Assembly: GCA_040006615.1 (NCBI GenBank)
Contig: JBDTWP010000002.1
Coordinates: 6,574-70,573, forward strand
Reading direction: 5' to 3'
DNA: 64,000 nucleotides
Source: Ferruginibacter sp.
Lineage (GTDB): Bacteria; Bacteroidota; Bacteroidia; Chitinophagales; Chitinophagaceae
Shown: one piece after another, positions 50,386 to 60,142 of the stretch
Layout of the letters: every line of letters begins with the position of its first letter
How positions within the stretch are numbered: the first letter of the stretch is position 1
The notes under the pieces: generated by a model
The model's database searches: none
The model's input: only the letters and a program-made list of their open reading frames with translations
Told to the model about the DNA's origin: nothing
Translations under genes and position numbers: made by a program

Positions 50386-50729
50386 TTCTTCCTCTTTTTA
50401 GACACTTTTGCAATTGTATTATAATCCAGCGCAAGTTTTAGCCAGTAATCCAGTTTAGTTTTAGTATTTAATGACTTAACAGCCACAAAAACATATCCTT
50501 TCATTGTCCTGCCTGAAAAGTCCATGGCTGTCACACCTTCTTTTTCCATCACCTGCTCATACAAGGCAGGATCAAGCCGGACCATCAGCCTGTCAGTTTC
50601 AACACCTACACACATCTTATCATTCACCATAAAGCATAATCCACCGAACATCTTTTTTTCTTCTATAATTCGGGGTGTGGCTGCAATGATCTCCCGTACC
50701 CGGTAAGCAAGTTTTTCGTTGTAAGCCAT
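50382..50729 (-). CDS. TfoX N-terminal domain protein
   Basis: MAYNEKLA, EKKMFGGLCFMVNDKM, MDFSGRTMKGY. Confidence 0.88.
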   Translation of the reverse strand: MAYNEKLAYRVREIIAATPRIIEEKKMFGGLCFMVNDKMCVGVETDRLMVRLDPALYEQVMEKEGVTAMDFSGRTMKGYVFVAVKSLNTKTKLDYWLKLALDYNTIAKVSKKRKK

Positions 50730-50825
50730 ATAGTATATTTTAATACCAGCGTTTACCTGGCCTTAGTTTCTGACAGACCACCCATAGCCGGAAGAGCCAC
50801 ACTTAATGACCGGCTTTGATGGCGG

Positions 50826-51281
50826 TTATCTTTTTAAATTCTCTTCATACTTATTTATCCAATCTGCAACTGTCATTTTTCCAGCCAATTCACCAATTAA
50901 TTTGTTTGGAATCGTTGCAGGCTTTTTAAAGCGAACGCAACTTTTTCCCATATCCGGTTTAGCGGTTGTATTTTTTGCATATTCTTTTACAAACCATTCC
51001 AGCAAATTTTTATCACCGTACATTCCCATATGGTATACGGCTATAAAATTCTTTTGGGAGGCAATACTCATAAACGGTAAGGGTAATTTGGGATCGCAGT
51101 GATATCCTTTTGGGTACAATGTATGTGGCACTACATAACCAATCGTGCCATAATTCATTTCTTCCCTAAAGCCTTTGGGTAAATTTTTCAAAATTTCTTT
51201 TCTGAGTTTAATCATGGCTTCCTGCCGGTCCGGGGGTAACTCCTTTAAATATTGCTCAATGGATGATGCTTTTGATTGCAT
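50826..51281 (-). CDS. DUF1801 (YdhG-like) protein
   Basis: YVVPHTLYPKGYHC, ASQKN, DMGKSCVRFKK. Confidence 0.88.
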   Translation of the reverse strand: MQSKASSIEQYLKELPPDRQEAMIKLRKEILKNLPKGFREEMNYGTIGYVVPHTLYPKGYHCDPKLPLPFMSIASQKNFIAVYHMGMYGDKNLLEWFVKEYAKNTTAKPDMGKSCVRFKKPATIPNKLIGELAGKMTVADWINKYEENLKR

Positions 51282-51375
51282 GCATTATTTATTTGCAGGT
51301 GAATGGTCGAAAATTCGTAATTCCCGAACAATGTTTCTTTATTGAACTGATTATTCACTAACCGGTTATTTATAT

Positions 51376-51759
51376 TTATTGGGGCCCTGAATGTAAACCA
51401 ATACGGTTTCCCTCTGTATCCAGGATCACGGCCATGAACCCATATTCGGGTGATATTTCCGTTTTAGGAACCATGATCGTTCCGCCTGCTGTTATCACTT
51501 TATCCAAAACCTCTTGAACGTCGGGATCGCCGTTTAAATATACGAGTGGCCCGTCTGTGGACGATGGTTTATGAAAACCACCGCTGTTCACAACGGCACC
51601 CCCAATACCGCTCATCGGGTCATCCACAGGAAACATCCTCATTTTAATATTCGGCAGATCCACGGGCGACATTTTAATACCGAAAATGGTTTCATAAAAT
51701 TTTTGCGCCCGTTCCAAATCAATCGATGGAATTTCGAACCAGTTGATTGCATTATTCAT
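51376..51759 (-). CDS. VOC/glyoxalase family protein
   Basis: INWFEIP, FYETIFG, DTEGNRIGLHS. Confidence 0.92.
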   Translation of the reverse strand: MNNAINWFEIPSIDLERAQKFYETIFGIKMSPVDLPNIKMRMFPVDDPMSGIGGAVVNSGGFHKPSSTDGPLVYLNGDPDVQEVLDKVITAGGTIMVPKTEISPEYGFMAVILDTEGNRIGLHSGPQ

Positions 51760-51873
51760 AAATTTTTTTTTGACCCCATAAAATAAATTATGGGAAATGT
51801 TAGAATTTTATTTTGTTACTGCATTTAAAAAAAATGCCACCAACCGCTGATAATTTATCATTGAAGGATAGGT

Positions 51874-52392
51874 TTATAATTTCATTTTGGTTTCTTTCAA
51901 GCCCTTGCTTTGCAGGTATTCCAGTAATTCCTTTGCATCATCGCCCCCTTTTTGTGCATGATGTAATAAAGTAAGTCCATGCGGACCTCTTGCATTTAAG
52001 TAACCGGGATAAGTATCCAAATATGTTTTTACAATTTGTGTTTTGCCTAACATGGTCAAAACAAATAAATTTGTTCTTGCGCCGATGCCAATTAAATAAT
52101 TAGCAATTTCTTTGTTACCAACGTGGCCAGCCCCTTCGAGGGCGGTTTCAAAATCGCCCCCGCCCCAATCCCATGTTGAGTAAAGCAATGAGGGTAACTC
52201 AAGCAACATTTTTTTCGTTTTGTCAAAATCCCCATGGCCTGCAATAACAAATTCTTTCACTGCTTCAGGAAGTAAGGGTTCAATCGCGGTTTGTTTTTTT
52301 GGGGTAACAGTTTGTGCTAACGATAAATAGGGTGCTGCCGCAATAATGCCTGATCCAATCACTGCATTTTGTAAAAATAATTTCCGGTTCAT
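51874..52392 (-). CDS. Ankyrin-like repeat protein with Tat-like signal
   Basis: MNRKLFLQ Tat-like signal; GDFETALEGAGHVG, GPHGLTLLHHA. Confidence 0.78.
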   Translation of the reverse strand: MNRKLFLQNAVIGSGIIAAAPYLSLAQTVTPKKQTAIEPLLPEAVKEFVIAGHGDFDKTKKMLLELPSLLYSTWDWGGGDFETALEGAGHVGNKEIANYLIGIGARTNLFVLTMLGKTQIVKTYLDTYPGYLNARGPHGLTLLHHAQKGGDDAKELLEYLQSKGLKETKMKL

Positions 52393-52441
52393 ATTTTTTA
52401 CTTAAAGTTCTGCAAATTAAAGATCAAAATGTAACCGCCTG

Positions 52442-52960
52442 TCATTTTTTTCTGCGATATTCAAGGTCATATTCAGTGACCCAGGTAGTTCCATTGTCTT
52501 TTGAGATCTCACCGAACTGGCGCACTTTATCTTTATTGAGATCAAAGAAACTAAGGCGTCTTATTGCGATTGTGTCGTTCGAATAGGGAAAGGGCGTTGT
52601 AATAAAGACGATCGAGTTATGTTCATATTTACCCTGCAGGTATTCATTGCTTCCCCCGGCATTATCCACCCAGGTTTGCTGCCATTGGTTGGTGGCTGCG
52701 TTGTAGGTATTGAAACTCTTACCGGAATATGGTGACTGGCCTTTCGCAGCCAAACTTGTCCATTCTTCCAATACGATGCAGCTGTCGAGTATTATGCTGA
52801 TCCTGCTGTCTCCTGCTTTTTTGCCATTTTTTCCATAGGCTTCCCATTCTCCCACCCAAAAATCGAACTGCCTGTAAACCGGATTACTGCAATGAAGCGT
52901 TTGAGCATGGCAAATACCGGGAAAACCGAAAACTACCAGGAGCATGCATATTATTTTCAT
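52442..52960 (-). CDS. Exported beta-barrel hypothetical protein (DUF1579-like)
   Basis: Signal peptide, QFDFWVGEW, WQQTWVDN, SKDNGTTW. Confidence 0.75.
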   Translation of the reverse strand: MKIICMLLVVFGFPGICHAQTLHCSNPVYRQFDFWVGEWEAYGKNGKKAGDSRISIILDSCIVLEEWTSLAAKGQSPYSGKSFNTYNAATNQWQQTWVDNAGGSNEYLQGKYEHNSIVFITTPFPYSNDTIAIRRLSFFDLNKDKVRQFGEISKDNGTTWVTEYDLEYRRKK

Positions 52961-53115
52961 ACATTATATTTAGCACCGGTGTATTGGATAATTAATGCTT
53001 TTTAAAATACCGGCCTTACAAAATACATAATCTTGATATCTATGTTAAAAATATTGGTGTTAACTATTTTATTCAATGCGTGAATCATTGTATTGGTACC
53101 TGAACTAGCATGGTA

Positions 53116-53550
53116 TTATCGCCACACGCCAATAATTGCCCCCATCAACGTGAGGCCCAGCAGGCTGTAACCCCCATTAATGCAAATAACCCTGCCGGTG
53201 CGATGTTCAAACAGACCATGAATGGCAACGGCACAAAATACCCAGATGCCGGCCAAAAAACCGGCTATAGCACCCCACACAATATCAGTTTTTTGAGCGC
53301 AACCTATAGGGCAGGTGGAGGGGCCATCTGCCAGGTACATGGCCAGGTTGGATGCCATGATTAGTGAAAGAATAAAGGCGACGCCATAGATCTTAAGCAT
53401 ATTGCCTTTCTTTATTTTTTCAATGTCCAGTTTATTATCAGCCATCCATGCATTTCCAAATAGTGCAGGTGAATACCATACACCTCCTAATACAAATGCG
53501 GATATACCTGCTACCAAAACGGCTAACCAGTTGATCGATGACATGTCCAT
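53116..53550 (-). CDS. DUF1761 membrane protein
   Basis: INWLAVLVA, GGVWYSPALFGNAW, INGGY. Confidence 0.88.
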   Translation of the reverse strand: MDMSSINWLAVLVAGISAFVLGGVWYSPALFGNAWMADNKLDIEKIKKGNMLKIYGVAFILSLIMASNLAMYLADGPSTCPIGCAQKTDIVWGAIAGFLAGIWVFCAVAIHGLFEHRTGRVICINGGYSLLGLTLMGAIIGVWR

Positions 53551-53644
53551 AGTAAAGTAATTGAGGTTAAAATTATTTATTGAATACCTAAACTAATTCG
53601 CAAACTTTACATTCGCAAGTGCATACAGGATAAAGCCATAAACA

Positions 53645-54715
53645 ATGCCGATAAAACCGGGAAAAAACCCGACAAAATCTTCCAATAGCCGGGAACGGTT
53701 AAATGATATCGGTATCAGGGTATTGCTGATACCTTTTTTTGGGATTTCTATACCATTACTTACCCGGATGGTACCACATGCAAGCCTTACCAACTGGCAA
53801 ATTAAATTCAGTTATCTCTACACGATAATGATCGCTTTTATTATTTATGAGGGCACGCGCTTTTTACATTTTACACTACGCAGTTACTTTGACTGGCTGA
53901 ATAAACCTTTAAAAAAGGTATTGGCCATCCTCATTACCATCCCTTTTTATTGTGTGCCGGTAAGTATTTTGCTGTTGGTTGTGTGGTATCATATTTTTTT
54001 AGATGGAAGGGTAGACTGGCAGGTGGTACAGCTATCGTCAATTATCATTACCTGTGCAGTGTTTTTTTTGGTAAATGTATATGAAACAGTGTTTGCCGTA
54101 AGAGATATGGCGGCTGATAAAATCAACAAGGAACAACTGGAACGGGCCAGGGCAGAGGCTGAATTGGAAGCTTTGAAAAATCAAATTGATCCGCATTTTA
54201 TTTTTAATTCTTTAAATACCCTGAGTCATTTAATTGAAAACAAACCAGTTAAGGCAAAACAGTTTAATGACAGCCTGGCGGATGTATATCGCTATATCCT
54301 GCAAAATAAGGCGCGTGATATTGTTTTGTTGAAAGACGAAATTAATTTTTTGCAGGATTATTTTACTTTATTGAAAATCCGGTTTGAGAAAGCGGTAGAG
54401 ATGAACCTGGATATTCCCGGGGAAAATTATGACAAGTATTTGGTTCCACCGATCTCCCTGCAAATATTGGTTGAAAATGCGATCAAACACAATGAATTTT
54501 CTGATACCGTTCCTTTGAAAATTGATATCGTACTCCAGGGAGAAATGCTTGTTGTTTCTAATATTATAAGAAGAAAGGTTTTAAGAAAATCGTCATCGAA
54601 TATTGGATTGCGAAATTTGAGTGAACGGTATAAACTGACTACTAATAAGGCGCTTACAATAACAGAGGAAGATGGCAAATTCATTGTTTATTTACCCTTG
54701 TTAAATATTTACTAA
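53645..54715 (+). CDS. Membrane LytS-type histidine kinase
   Basis: Four TM helices, LKNQIDPHFIFNSLN, QILVENAIKHN, IGLRNL. Confidence 0.92.
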   Translation: MPIKPGKNPTKSSNSRERLNDIGIRVLLIPFFGISIPLLTRMVPHASLTNWQIKFSYLYTIMIAFIIYEGTRFLHFTLRSYFDWLNKPLKKVLAILITIPFYCVPVSILLLVVWYHIFLDGRVDWQVVQLSSIIITCAVFFLVNVYETVFAVRDMAADKINKEQLERARAEAELEALKNQIDPHFIFNSLNTLSHLIENKPVKAKQFNDSLADVYRYILQNKARDIVLLKDEINFLQDYFTLLKIRFEKAVEMNLDIPGENYDKYLVPPISLQILVENAIKHNEFSDTVPLKIDIVLQGEMLVVSNIIRRKVLRKSSSNIGLRNLSERYKLTTNKALTITEEDGKFIVYLPLLNIY

Positions 54716-54724
54716 GTACTTTTT

Positions 54725-55480
54725 ATGAAAGTAATCATTATTGAAGACGAAAAACCCGCAGCGGAAAAACTGCAGCAAGCAATTGCCCAATACGATGGCA
54801 GTATTGAAGTGCAGGCCATCCTGGGTAGCGTAGGAGCGTCTGTAGACTGGCTGCAAAATAACCGGTTGCCTTCGCTGATATTTATGGACATTGAATTAAC
54901 TGATGGGTTATCCTTTAAAATATTTGATCAGTGTGCTGTTGACTGCCCCATTATTTTTACGACAGCTTACGATGAATACTGGCAGGAAGCATTTGAATAC
55001 AACAGCATCGATTATTTATTGAAGCCAATCCGGCAGGAAAAATTAGCATCCGCTTTTAAAAAATACCAGGCGCTCAGGCAATATTTTTCTGCTGATTTTC
55101 AGCAGTTGATTCAATCGCAACAAACACCCCGGTATGAAAAATATAAGAAGCGCTACCTGATAAAAAGGGGATCAGATTATATTACCATTAAAACTGAAGA
55201 CGTTGCATATTTTTTTGCTACGCATAAACTGGTATGCATGGTTGATAAAAACAACCAGAAATTTATCCTGGACAAATCGTTGGCTGAACTGGAAAAGGAA
55301 ATAGATCCTGCACAATTTTACCGCGTTAACAGGAAATATTTAGTGAATATCAGTGCAATCAAAAAAATAAAGACCTATCCCAGGAGTAAATTGCTGCTTG
55401 AGCTGGAGCCGGTGATCAGGGAAGAGATTATCATCAGCCAGGAAAGTGTATCGGACTTTAGGGAATGGATGGGGGGCTAA
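54725..55480 (+). CDS. LytTR-family response regulator
   Basis: IEDE, FMDIEL, FTTAY, LLKP; FYRVNRKY. Confidence 0.94.
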   Translation: MKVIIIEDEKPAAEKLQQAIAQYDGSIEVQAILGSVGASVDWLQNNRLPSLIFMDIELTDGLSFKIFDQCAVDCPIIFTTAYDEYWQEAFEYNSIDYLLKPIRQEKLASAFKKYQALRQYFSADFQQLIQSQQTPRYEKYKKRYLIKRGSDYITIKTEDVAYFFATHKLVCMVDKNNQKFILDKSLAELEKEIDPAQFYRVNRKYLVNISAIKKIKTYPRSKLLLELEPVIREEIIISQESVSDFREWMGG

Positions 55481-55567
55481 AGGATATTTTATTTTTTTGC
55501 CACCCGTGTAATTTTATTTTTTATTTTCCGGAAAAAACCTAACTTTCTTTTACTAAAACCATATATC

Positions 55568-56488
55568 ATGAAACCAGCCATACTAATTTGCCTGTTCGTT
55601 ATAATTGAATATGTAGCGAATGCACAATTCACCATTACTCCCCAGTTAGGTTTTGAAAACTCCAGGACCTCAATTGGATACAATGAACTTCCTTACTTCA
55701 CTCCAACCGGAGCAAACCTGTCTCCACAAGCTGGTATTCGACTTGATTATAAATTCAGAAATTTGCATGGTCCTTTTCTTGGAATGAACACCAGCCGGTC
55801 AATTGTTAAATTTAATTTTTCAGATCCGCAAACAGGGATGAGTTCTTATGCAGCATCAAGAGGTAATACACAAATTCGCCTGGAGGGTGGTTATCAGGTT
55901 AGCAGCAAACCTATCTATTTTAAAAAGCCCGGCTCAACAAACAAAACAGCAGGAATTCACTGCCAAAAAAATGCAATAAGAAAGAGTTGCGGTAATCCAC
56001 TGGTTAGAAATAGTTGTGGAAGTAAGACGAATAAGGATGCCGCTGCAAAATCTCCGGATAAAGGATCATGGGTTCGTATTCAGCCTTCGCTGGGGATTGC
56101 ATATATTCCTTTTAATCCAGCCACAGAAATATATATAAAGTCCAAGGGTACTCCAACCAGTTATGAATACAATGCGGGTAACTGGAAGACTGCATTGATT
56201 AGTGGAGTTGGTTTTGAGTTTGGCAATAATTCAGGCAGGACATTCGTGGTTAGCATAAATTATTTAAAAGGCATGGGGAATCTTACCACACAAAGTATTA
56301 ACACGGTATCAGGCAATAAGCCAGGCAATACGAGCCTGAAATCTGAAACCTCAGGCTGGAATCTTACAATGGGTATCCCTATTAGTCTTGGTAAAAAGAA
56401 ACCTGCAGTAAAACAAATAGTGGAGAAAATCTACAAGGAGGAAAAAAAATGTAGTCAATATAGGATGCGATGCCATAAAGCATACTAA
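55568..56488 (+). CDS. Outer-membrane beta-barrel-like protein with Cys/Lys-rich insert and tail
   Basis: Signal peptide, barrel-type strands (GIRLDYKF, GVGFEFG, WNLTMGIPISL). Confidence 0.7.
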   Translation: MKPAILICLFVIIEYVANAQFTITPQLGFENSRTSIGYNELPYFTPTGANLSPQAGIRLDYKFRNLHGPFLGMNTSRSIVKFNFSDPQTGMSSYAASRGNTQIRLEGGYQVSSKPIYFKKPGSTNKTAGIHCQKNAIRKSCGNPLVRNSCGSKTNKDAAAKSPDKGSWVRIQPSLGIAYIPFNPATEIYIKSKGTPTSYEYNAGNWKTALISGVGFEFGNNSGRTFVVSINYLKGMGNLTTQSINTVSGNKPGNTSLKSETSGWNLTMGIPISLGKKKPAVKQIVEKIYKEEKKCSQYRMRCHKAY

Positions 56489-56538
56489 TACCCGGGAATC
56501 CTGTTAAAGCATGTGATTTTCTTTCTCCATTTTGTGGG

Positions 56539-56573
56539 TGGCAGGTGCGGCTATGCCCAGGCCGCACCTGCCA
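56539..56573. terminator. Strong hairpin between convergent genes
   Basis: 13-bp perfect stem tggcaggtgcggc / gccgcacctgcca. Confidence 0.65.
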
Positions 56574-56624
56574 ATTTGAAACAATATGCAACCTCCGGTA
56601 TAAGCAGGGCTCCAGGATTGAAAT

Positions 56625-57269
56625 CTAATAAGGTACTTTCCGCAGGTCATATAATATAAAATGAAAGCCGCTTCTTCGCCTGGATTCCAAAGTGTTAAAC
56701 CCATCAGCAATCCTGGATACATCTGTAAACTTAATACTGGCTAACCGCCCATTTGCTTCAATCAATTCCCCTGTGGAAACTGCCTGGTCCCAGGATCCGT
56801 TTCCAACTGCTGTGACCATTAGCAACATACTGTCTTTATAATATTCATGAGGATTGGTAAGCGAGAGCCGGTACCAGTGATTCGTAGCATCCCAGTCCAC
56901 GGCGTAGCTGAGACTACCATTTATTTCCGTACCAAAGCTGTCTACAACCCCCCACACTATCATTCGAGGGCCGGTGGAAACAGGTTGCCACCGGTTGTTA
57001 CTTTGACCAATGAATAATGATGTCCGGTAACGCATATAACTATACAACTGGTGCTCGGTTGTATTGTACAAAAGCATTCCCTGTACAGGGCTTGTTACAT
57101 CATTCATTTGCGTCGATGTGAGCCTGGGAAGCACAATCGGCTTTGCGCTCGGGCCCAGGTCAAGTACTGAAGAATTATTGGGTGCGTTTGTCCCTATTCC
57201 CACGGATTGTGCCATAGCAAAGCAGGAAAGGAATAAGAGAGGATAAAAGATGATCTTTTTCATAAACAT
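56625..57269 (-). CDS. Exported hypothetical protein with VGIGT..P..SSVLDL/LPRLT N-terminal motif
   Basis: Signal peptide, then QSVGIGTNAPNNSSVLDL..LPRLTSTQM..GMLLYNTT, a common Bacteroidota surface-protein module. Confidence 0.78.
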   Translation of the reverse strand: MFMKKIIFYPLLFLSCFAMAQSVGIGTNAPNNSSVLDLGPSAKPIVLPRLTSTQMNDVTSPVQGMLLYNTTEHQLYSYMRYRTSLFIGQSNNRWQPVSTGPRMIVWGVVDSFGTEINGSLSYAVDWDATNHWYRLSLTNPHEYYKDSMLLMVTAVGNGSWDQAVSTGELIEANGRLASIKFTDVSRIADGFNTLESRRRSGFHFILYDLRKVPY

Positions 57270-57627
57270 TTTTTAAATTGTTAAAACGGGTTGCTTGTAA
57301 TGATTTATAGTTCGGATGTATATAATAAATATATGTTATAAGAACCGTTTACAGGGACATTTTTATTTAAATTATGGCAGAAGGTTTAAGTGGGCTATTG
57401 TTGCAGTTTTCGTTATTTTCTCAATAAGTAGAAATGCAGGTTCGTACGATCATTACAAAAATAAGTATCAAATTATAAAAAAGTTAATTTTTGTGATTTG
57501 TGAAGGGTGAGATACTTTATCATCTGCAAGCCTTATTGTGGATGTGTTGCCGGGCAAATTCGGGTACAAAAGTAGAAGGAAACCCGGGATAAGTATGGGG
57601 AACCTTATATAGACCTTAAAGAGAAGT

Positions 57628-57676
57628 CTTGACTTGAACTGGACTTGCTCTGGATATGAACTGGAGTAACACTGGA
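57628..57676. promoter_or_regulatory. 11-bp-period direct repeat array (candidate operator)
   Basis: CTGGA at 57639, 57650, 57661 and 57672; CTTGA in phase at 57628. Confidence 0.5.
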
Positions 57677-58095
57677 TTTTAAAGTCAATAAAATGGGAGA
57701 AATCTGAAAAATTCTTTAGGAAATAAGTATTTTTTGGTTCCTGAAACCTGGTGCTTCAGTAACTCTAAAATACAAATTTTATATGGTAATTCAAAGAAAT
57801 ATTTTCAAATTTATCCTGCAGAACCTGGTGATATCCTTTACATCCATTGCGGAAAAAATTCTGTACGGAGAGCATTCATCGCGAATGAATTTCCCGGGTC
57901 ACCATGAAGAAAACATTGGGTCTTGAAGCGCCAACAGAGCCGCCTGAAAGGAATTGGGTTTGGCATTATCATTTCACAAGTGGATAGTGATAAACATGAT
58001 CCCGGAATGGTGCTTTATGATTTGCGGGGCATACTGTGAAAACGGGACGGGAGTTTTTTGTGTTATCCTATTTTTATTTATTTATACTTTTAAAA

Positions 58096-58629
58096 ATGAA
58101 CCAAACCACATTTGCTTTTCGTCTGGCCAAATTATTGGTTGTAACCGGCGTAGGTCTACTAACCTTCCTGGTAGCATTTAACAATATGACTGATTATTTC
58201 TCTTCTTATTATTTTGTGGAACACGTAATGAAAATGGATACTACATTTTCCGGCAATAAATTAATATATCGTTCAGTGAACGCTGTTGTAATTTATCATT
58301 TAGCCTATATCCTGATTATAGTTTTGGTAGCCCTCACGGCATATTGCTGCCTGAGAGGCGCCTGGAATATGTACAGGAATATTAATAGAAAGGTGCCAGA
58401 TTTTCAGTCTGCCAAACTTTGGGCAATATATGGTCTTACCCTGGGCATCGTTATCTGGTTTATTGTTTTTCAGGCAATCGCAGGCGAATGGTTTGTTATG
58501 TGGCAAAGCCTCAAATGGAATGGCTTATACAGTGCGGATAGAATTGTAACATTTATCGGAATATCACTTATCATGCTGATGCTGAAAGAAGATGAATTGA
58601 AGGTGCTTACTGATGGAGATACCAGGTAA
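58096..58629 (+). CDS. DUF2165 membrane protein
   Basis: AFNNMTDY, FVEHVMKMDTTF, GEWFVMWQS..WNG. Confidence 0.88.
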   Translation: MNQTTFAFRLAKLLVVTGVGLLTFLVAFNNMTDYFSSYYFVEHVMKMDTTFSGNKLIYRSVNAVVIYHLAYILIIVLVALTAYCCLRGAWNMYRNINRKVPDFQSAKLWAIYGLTLGIVIWFIVFQAIAGEWFVMWQSLKWNGLYSADRIVTFIGISLIMLMLKEDELKVLTDGDTR

Positions 58630-58804
58630 TGGGAAAAGCCAGATAGTTGTTGAATCAATTTGAATGTTTGGGGGCAATAATTAAGGGGTCCTACTCAATT
58701 AGAATGAAAATCAGTAACTGTTTTATTTATGAATGGGGGTGAAATTCAAAAAACCTGTTTTGATTGATTTGGGTGGGAAAATGGAAAAACTTCCATCTGG
58801 ATCC

Positions 58805-58833
58805 AAAAAAAGGGCCCCGCCATAAGCAGGGCT
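58805..58833 (-). terminator. Rho-independent terminator
   Basis: Minus strand gccctgc-ttatg-gcggggc followed by U7, downstream of 58861..59250. Confidence 0.7.
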
Positions 58834-58860
58834 AACTTTACCAAAACCAAACTTCTTTAC

Positions 58861-59250
58861 CTATTGGCCGGGACCATTTCCTCTTTGTGGTCTCAGGGAC
58901 GGTTCAATTTCTTCTGTCCATTTTTTCATTTGCTCAGGTGTAAAAATAGCTTTCAATTTGGCATCTCTTGCATCCGCCAGTACTTTTCGTTTAGCCATCA
59001 TCGCATCCCTGTCCATTGTGCCACTTGCACGCATTTCATCCCTTGCTTTTTGCTGCGCATTGTTAAATTCTGAAATGACTGCTTCCGTTTTTGCTTTTGA
59101 CGCAGTATCTAAATTTAACACTACCAGTTTTTCCATGGTTGCCTTCGTTCTTTCCTCGGGTGTCATACGCTGTCCGCCACCACCTTGCGCATTTACAGCA
59201 GTAATGCTAAGGAGCGCGGCAACTGCCATTAATACAAATTGCTTTTTCAT
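58861..59250 (-). CDS. Periplasmic helical protein (Spy/LTXXQ-like)
   Basis: Signal peptide, MTPEER, LKAIFTPEQMKKW. Confidence 0.8.
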   Translation of the reverse strand: MKKQFVLMAVAALLSITAVNAQGGGGQRMTPEERTKATMEKLVVLNLDTASKAKTEAVISEFNNAQQKARDEMRASGTMDRDAMMAKRKVLADARDAKLKAIFTPEQMKKWTEEIEPSLRPQRGNGPGQ

Positions 59251-59284
59251 GTTATTTTCATTTAAGATTTAAGATTAATATTAT

Positions 59285-59314
59285 ATAAGACGACAGATTC
59301 ATAAGAAACAGGCG
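59285..59314 (-). promoter_or_regulatory. Predicted ECF sigma promoter CGCCTGTTT-N13-CGTCTTAT
   Basis: Identical bipartite motif and spacing at 63669-63698. Confidence 0.7.
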
Positions 59315-59321
59315 TTCGTTT

Positions 59322-59810
59322 TTATTTTTCGGCTTTTTTTCTTCCTTCACCCCTCCGGTTGAATACTTTAATGAACAAAGAATCAAACTTAGGCCGTTGC
59401 TCTGGTTTACAAAGCATCCTTATACTTTTAACATGATTAAGCATATACACTTCTATTATTTTCTGGGTTGCCACAGATTGATCTGCTACAAGCTTTACTG
59501 CCGAGTCGCTAAAATTAAGTACAACCAATTGTTTGAATTGCACGGATTTTTTATTCCGGATATTTTCAAACAGGCTGCTGATATTTTCATGGTGGCGATT
59601 GCTTAAGCTATCATATTGTAATAGCTGGGATTGATCAAAACCTATCTCTTTTTTCAGGAAGTTTGCAATAAAGGCCTTTCTATCCTGCCTGCCACTTTGT
59701 CTATCCGGTACTTTTTTCTGCAAGAAAAAGGCAAGTATTGCAATATTTGCAATCAGTAATATTGCAATGATCGCCAGCAATAGCTTATTCTTATTTTGAT
59801 TGTTTATCAT
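59322..59810 (-). CDS. Membrane-anchored periplasmic Spy/CpxP/CnrX-like protein
   Basis: N-terminal TM, helical body, IRMLCKPEQRPKFD. Confidence 0.75.
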   Translation of the reverse strand: MINNQNKNKLLLAIIAILLIANIAILAFFLQKKVPDRQSGRQDRKAFIANFLKKEIGFDQSQLLQYDSLSNRHHENISSLFENIRNKKSVQFKQLVVLNFSDSAVKLVADQSVATQKIIEVYMLNHVKSIRMLCKPEQRPKFDSLFIKVFNRRGEGRKKAEK

Positions 59811-60142
59811 TATGGTTCGGTGTTTTCAATGTCATAAATTGTGGATACTGTATAGGAAAATTCATCAGCCTGGGCCGATTGTTCTGTAGTTGTTGTAAAT
59901 TGGTCAGACCCTTTAAATACAATTACCAATACATTAATGATGATCAGCATTGCCAATGCCGGGATTGAAATTGCCGGCCTCCCAATAAACAACAACATTT
60001 TTTCCCACACATTTTCATTTGTTTTATTGAGCCGTGCATTAATACGTGTAAGCAGGAAGGGCATTGGACTGGCCCTCTTTATATTGTCCACACTGTCTAT
60101 TGCTTCATCAATCAATTTATTGATCTGTTCTATCTTATTCAT
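59810..60142 (-). CDS. Putative single-TM anti-sigma factor
   Basis: Overlaps the sigma stop; PFLLTRINARL motif followed by a TM helix. Confidence 0.7.
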   Translation of the reverse strand: MNKIEQINKLIDEAIDSVDNIKRASPMPFLLTRINARLNKTNENVWEKMLLFIGRPAISIPALAMLIIINVLVIVFKGSDQFTTTTEQSAQADEFSYTVSTIYDIENTEP

